A stretch of 63,974 nt of DNA, the filler included, from Globobulimina sp. (taxonomy: Eukaryota), in assembly GCA_003354225.1 (NCBI GenBank). It is 34 parts of 34 records of this genome, joined end to end, with 100 filler letters (N's around TTAATTAATTAA, not from the genome) between each part and the next. Parts side by side here need not be neighbours in the genome. Positions count along the whole stretch, not along the records: positions 62,192 to 63,974 come from PIVH01011998.1; 33 more parts are not named here. One strand, given 5' to 3'. A program made the position numbers and the translations under genes. The notes under the pieces are model-generated. The model searched no databases, was not told the DNA's origin, and saw only the letters and a program-made list of their open reading frames with translations. Positions 62,709 through 63,974 of the stretch are shown here, in pieces; within the stretch, counting starts at the first letter, position 1, and each line of letters starts with the position of its first letter.

Positions 62709-63306
62709 TAAATAATTACACACTTTGATGTCTAGTTCTATTAAGCTCTGCTCCTTGCACTCAAACTTGCATTTGTATTTATTTTATATTGTGGTTTAGA
62801 TCCATGAAATACCACTGTTATGTAAGATTAATTAGGATTATATTTTCTGATTATAGCCATTTGAAGTATCCTCCGATACAATCATCATTCCACCCACTGC
62901 TATAATTCATTCCACCCACTGCTTCAATGCATTGCTGGTTTGGTGACAGTGTAATTAATCTTTGAATCTGTATCATTTTATTCCATTTTTCATTGCATAG
63001 TCAATATGTCCAACATGCAAAATTTGCCATAAACAACAACAACAATGCAAGCTCGCTTAAAATACGCTCATTTTAAAATTTGCTGTTTTTATTTGGAATA
63101 ACATGTTTGATAATAATTGATTGATTGTCGTTGATATATATGCACATTACTACCAATTGTTTACTTTCCTGCAAATGACAACAATTAATTAATACCAGTG
63201 TCTGCAATGATGTATGTCTGATTTGTAGCAGCGTCCACCTTTGCGACTTAGCAAGAGGAGGCATTAATTATTAAAAGATTTAAAAAAACACTCAAAACAA
63301 GATCAA

Positions 63307-63974
63307 ATGTTCTCCTTTCTCAGACACGTGTCCCCATCCCGTGGACACCAAATACTCTCTAAACCCATCATCAAAAGAGCATGGATATTACCACAAGTTC
63401 ATTCGAATTCATTTTGCAACCAAGGAGAATTTGGTAGCCTTACACTTGAAACAGACACTAACAACAAATATAAATCAAAGGTAGGAATAATGACGCATCC
63501 GTCATGTTTATTTCATGAAAAACAGAATCATCCGGAATCACCACAAAGGTTAAAACTGGTCTTAGATTGTTTGAATAATCCAGAAATTAATGGTGATGGC
63601 CAAGATTTTAGTTCAAATCTAGAATACTTTGATGATCCGACACAGATTACACGCTCAAGAATAACTATTGCGCACTCACAGACGCATGTTGATGACATCA
63701 TAAATAAAACAGAAGAAGCCTCGGAACAAAACATAGTGATTGACATCCCTCCGGATACATTCATATCGCCCCATTCCTCACAGTCCATAATGTATGCACC
63801 GGCCTGTGTTTCTCATGCGGTCGACATAGTACTCAATGACCAAGAATATAAGCATATAAATCGCACTTTTTGTGCGATCCGCCCGCCAGGACATCATGCG
63901 GAATATGACCGAGCTATGGGATTTTGTATATTTAATAACATATTTATCGGTGCTAACTATGCACAGTATCTATT
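63307..63974 (+). CDS. Class II histone deacetylase-family protein, 3' truncated (absent from the ORF track)
   Basis: HPESPQRL, DTFISPHS, FCAIRPPGHHAEYDRAMGFCIFNNI. Confidence 0.93.
   Translation, partial: MFSFLRHVSPSRGHQILSKPIIKRAWILPQVHSNSFCNQGEFGSLTLETDTNNKYKSKVGIMTHPSCLFHEKQNHPESPQRLKLVLDCLNNPEINGDGQDFSSNLEYFDDPTQITRSRITIAHSQTHVDDIINKTEEASEQNIVIDIPPDTFISPHSSQSIMYAPACVSHAVDIVLNDQEYKHINRTFCAIRPPGHHAEYDRAMGFCIFNNIFIGANYAQYL

Noticed and set aside
1..63974. Genome-wide UGA=Trp (table 4) or ciliate-type genetic code
   Set aside because: Conserved genes translate fully with the standard code, use TGG for Trp, and several end in TGA or TAA; only context-dependent readthrough remains open

Overview
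This window is not one locus. It is 34 unrelated short contigs (about 1783-1786 bp, sorted by decreasing length), each separated by an artificial 100-nt linker (N-run + TTAATTAATTAA + N-run), so gene neighbourhood across linkers means nothing. Most contigs come from an AT-rich microbial eukaryote with short (about 50-65 nt) GT-AG introns, very compact head-to-head genes, and PPR, SAM, MATH, U-box and UBA proteins. A foraminiferan/rhizarian source is my inference, not shown. Recognisable genes include SETD3, 14-3-3, UBA1, NOP2, DGAT2, acid ceramidase, a class II HDAC, a LENG9-like RNA-repair protein, a Cav/Nav channel fragment, transporters and glycan-modifying enzymes. Foreign or mobile DNA comprises a Penelope-like retroelement with a candidate hammerhead ribozyme, a giant-virus-like (Nucleocytoviricota) contig, two bacteria/eukaryote chimeric contigs (efp; TldD/PmbA joined to a gag), several MITE- or Helitron-like repeats and a covarying hairpin array. 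There is also an unexplained GC-rich structured island and recurrent in-frame TGA codons at Trp-like positions. I found no rRNA, tRNA or CRISPR array and no convincing multi-gene novel system.
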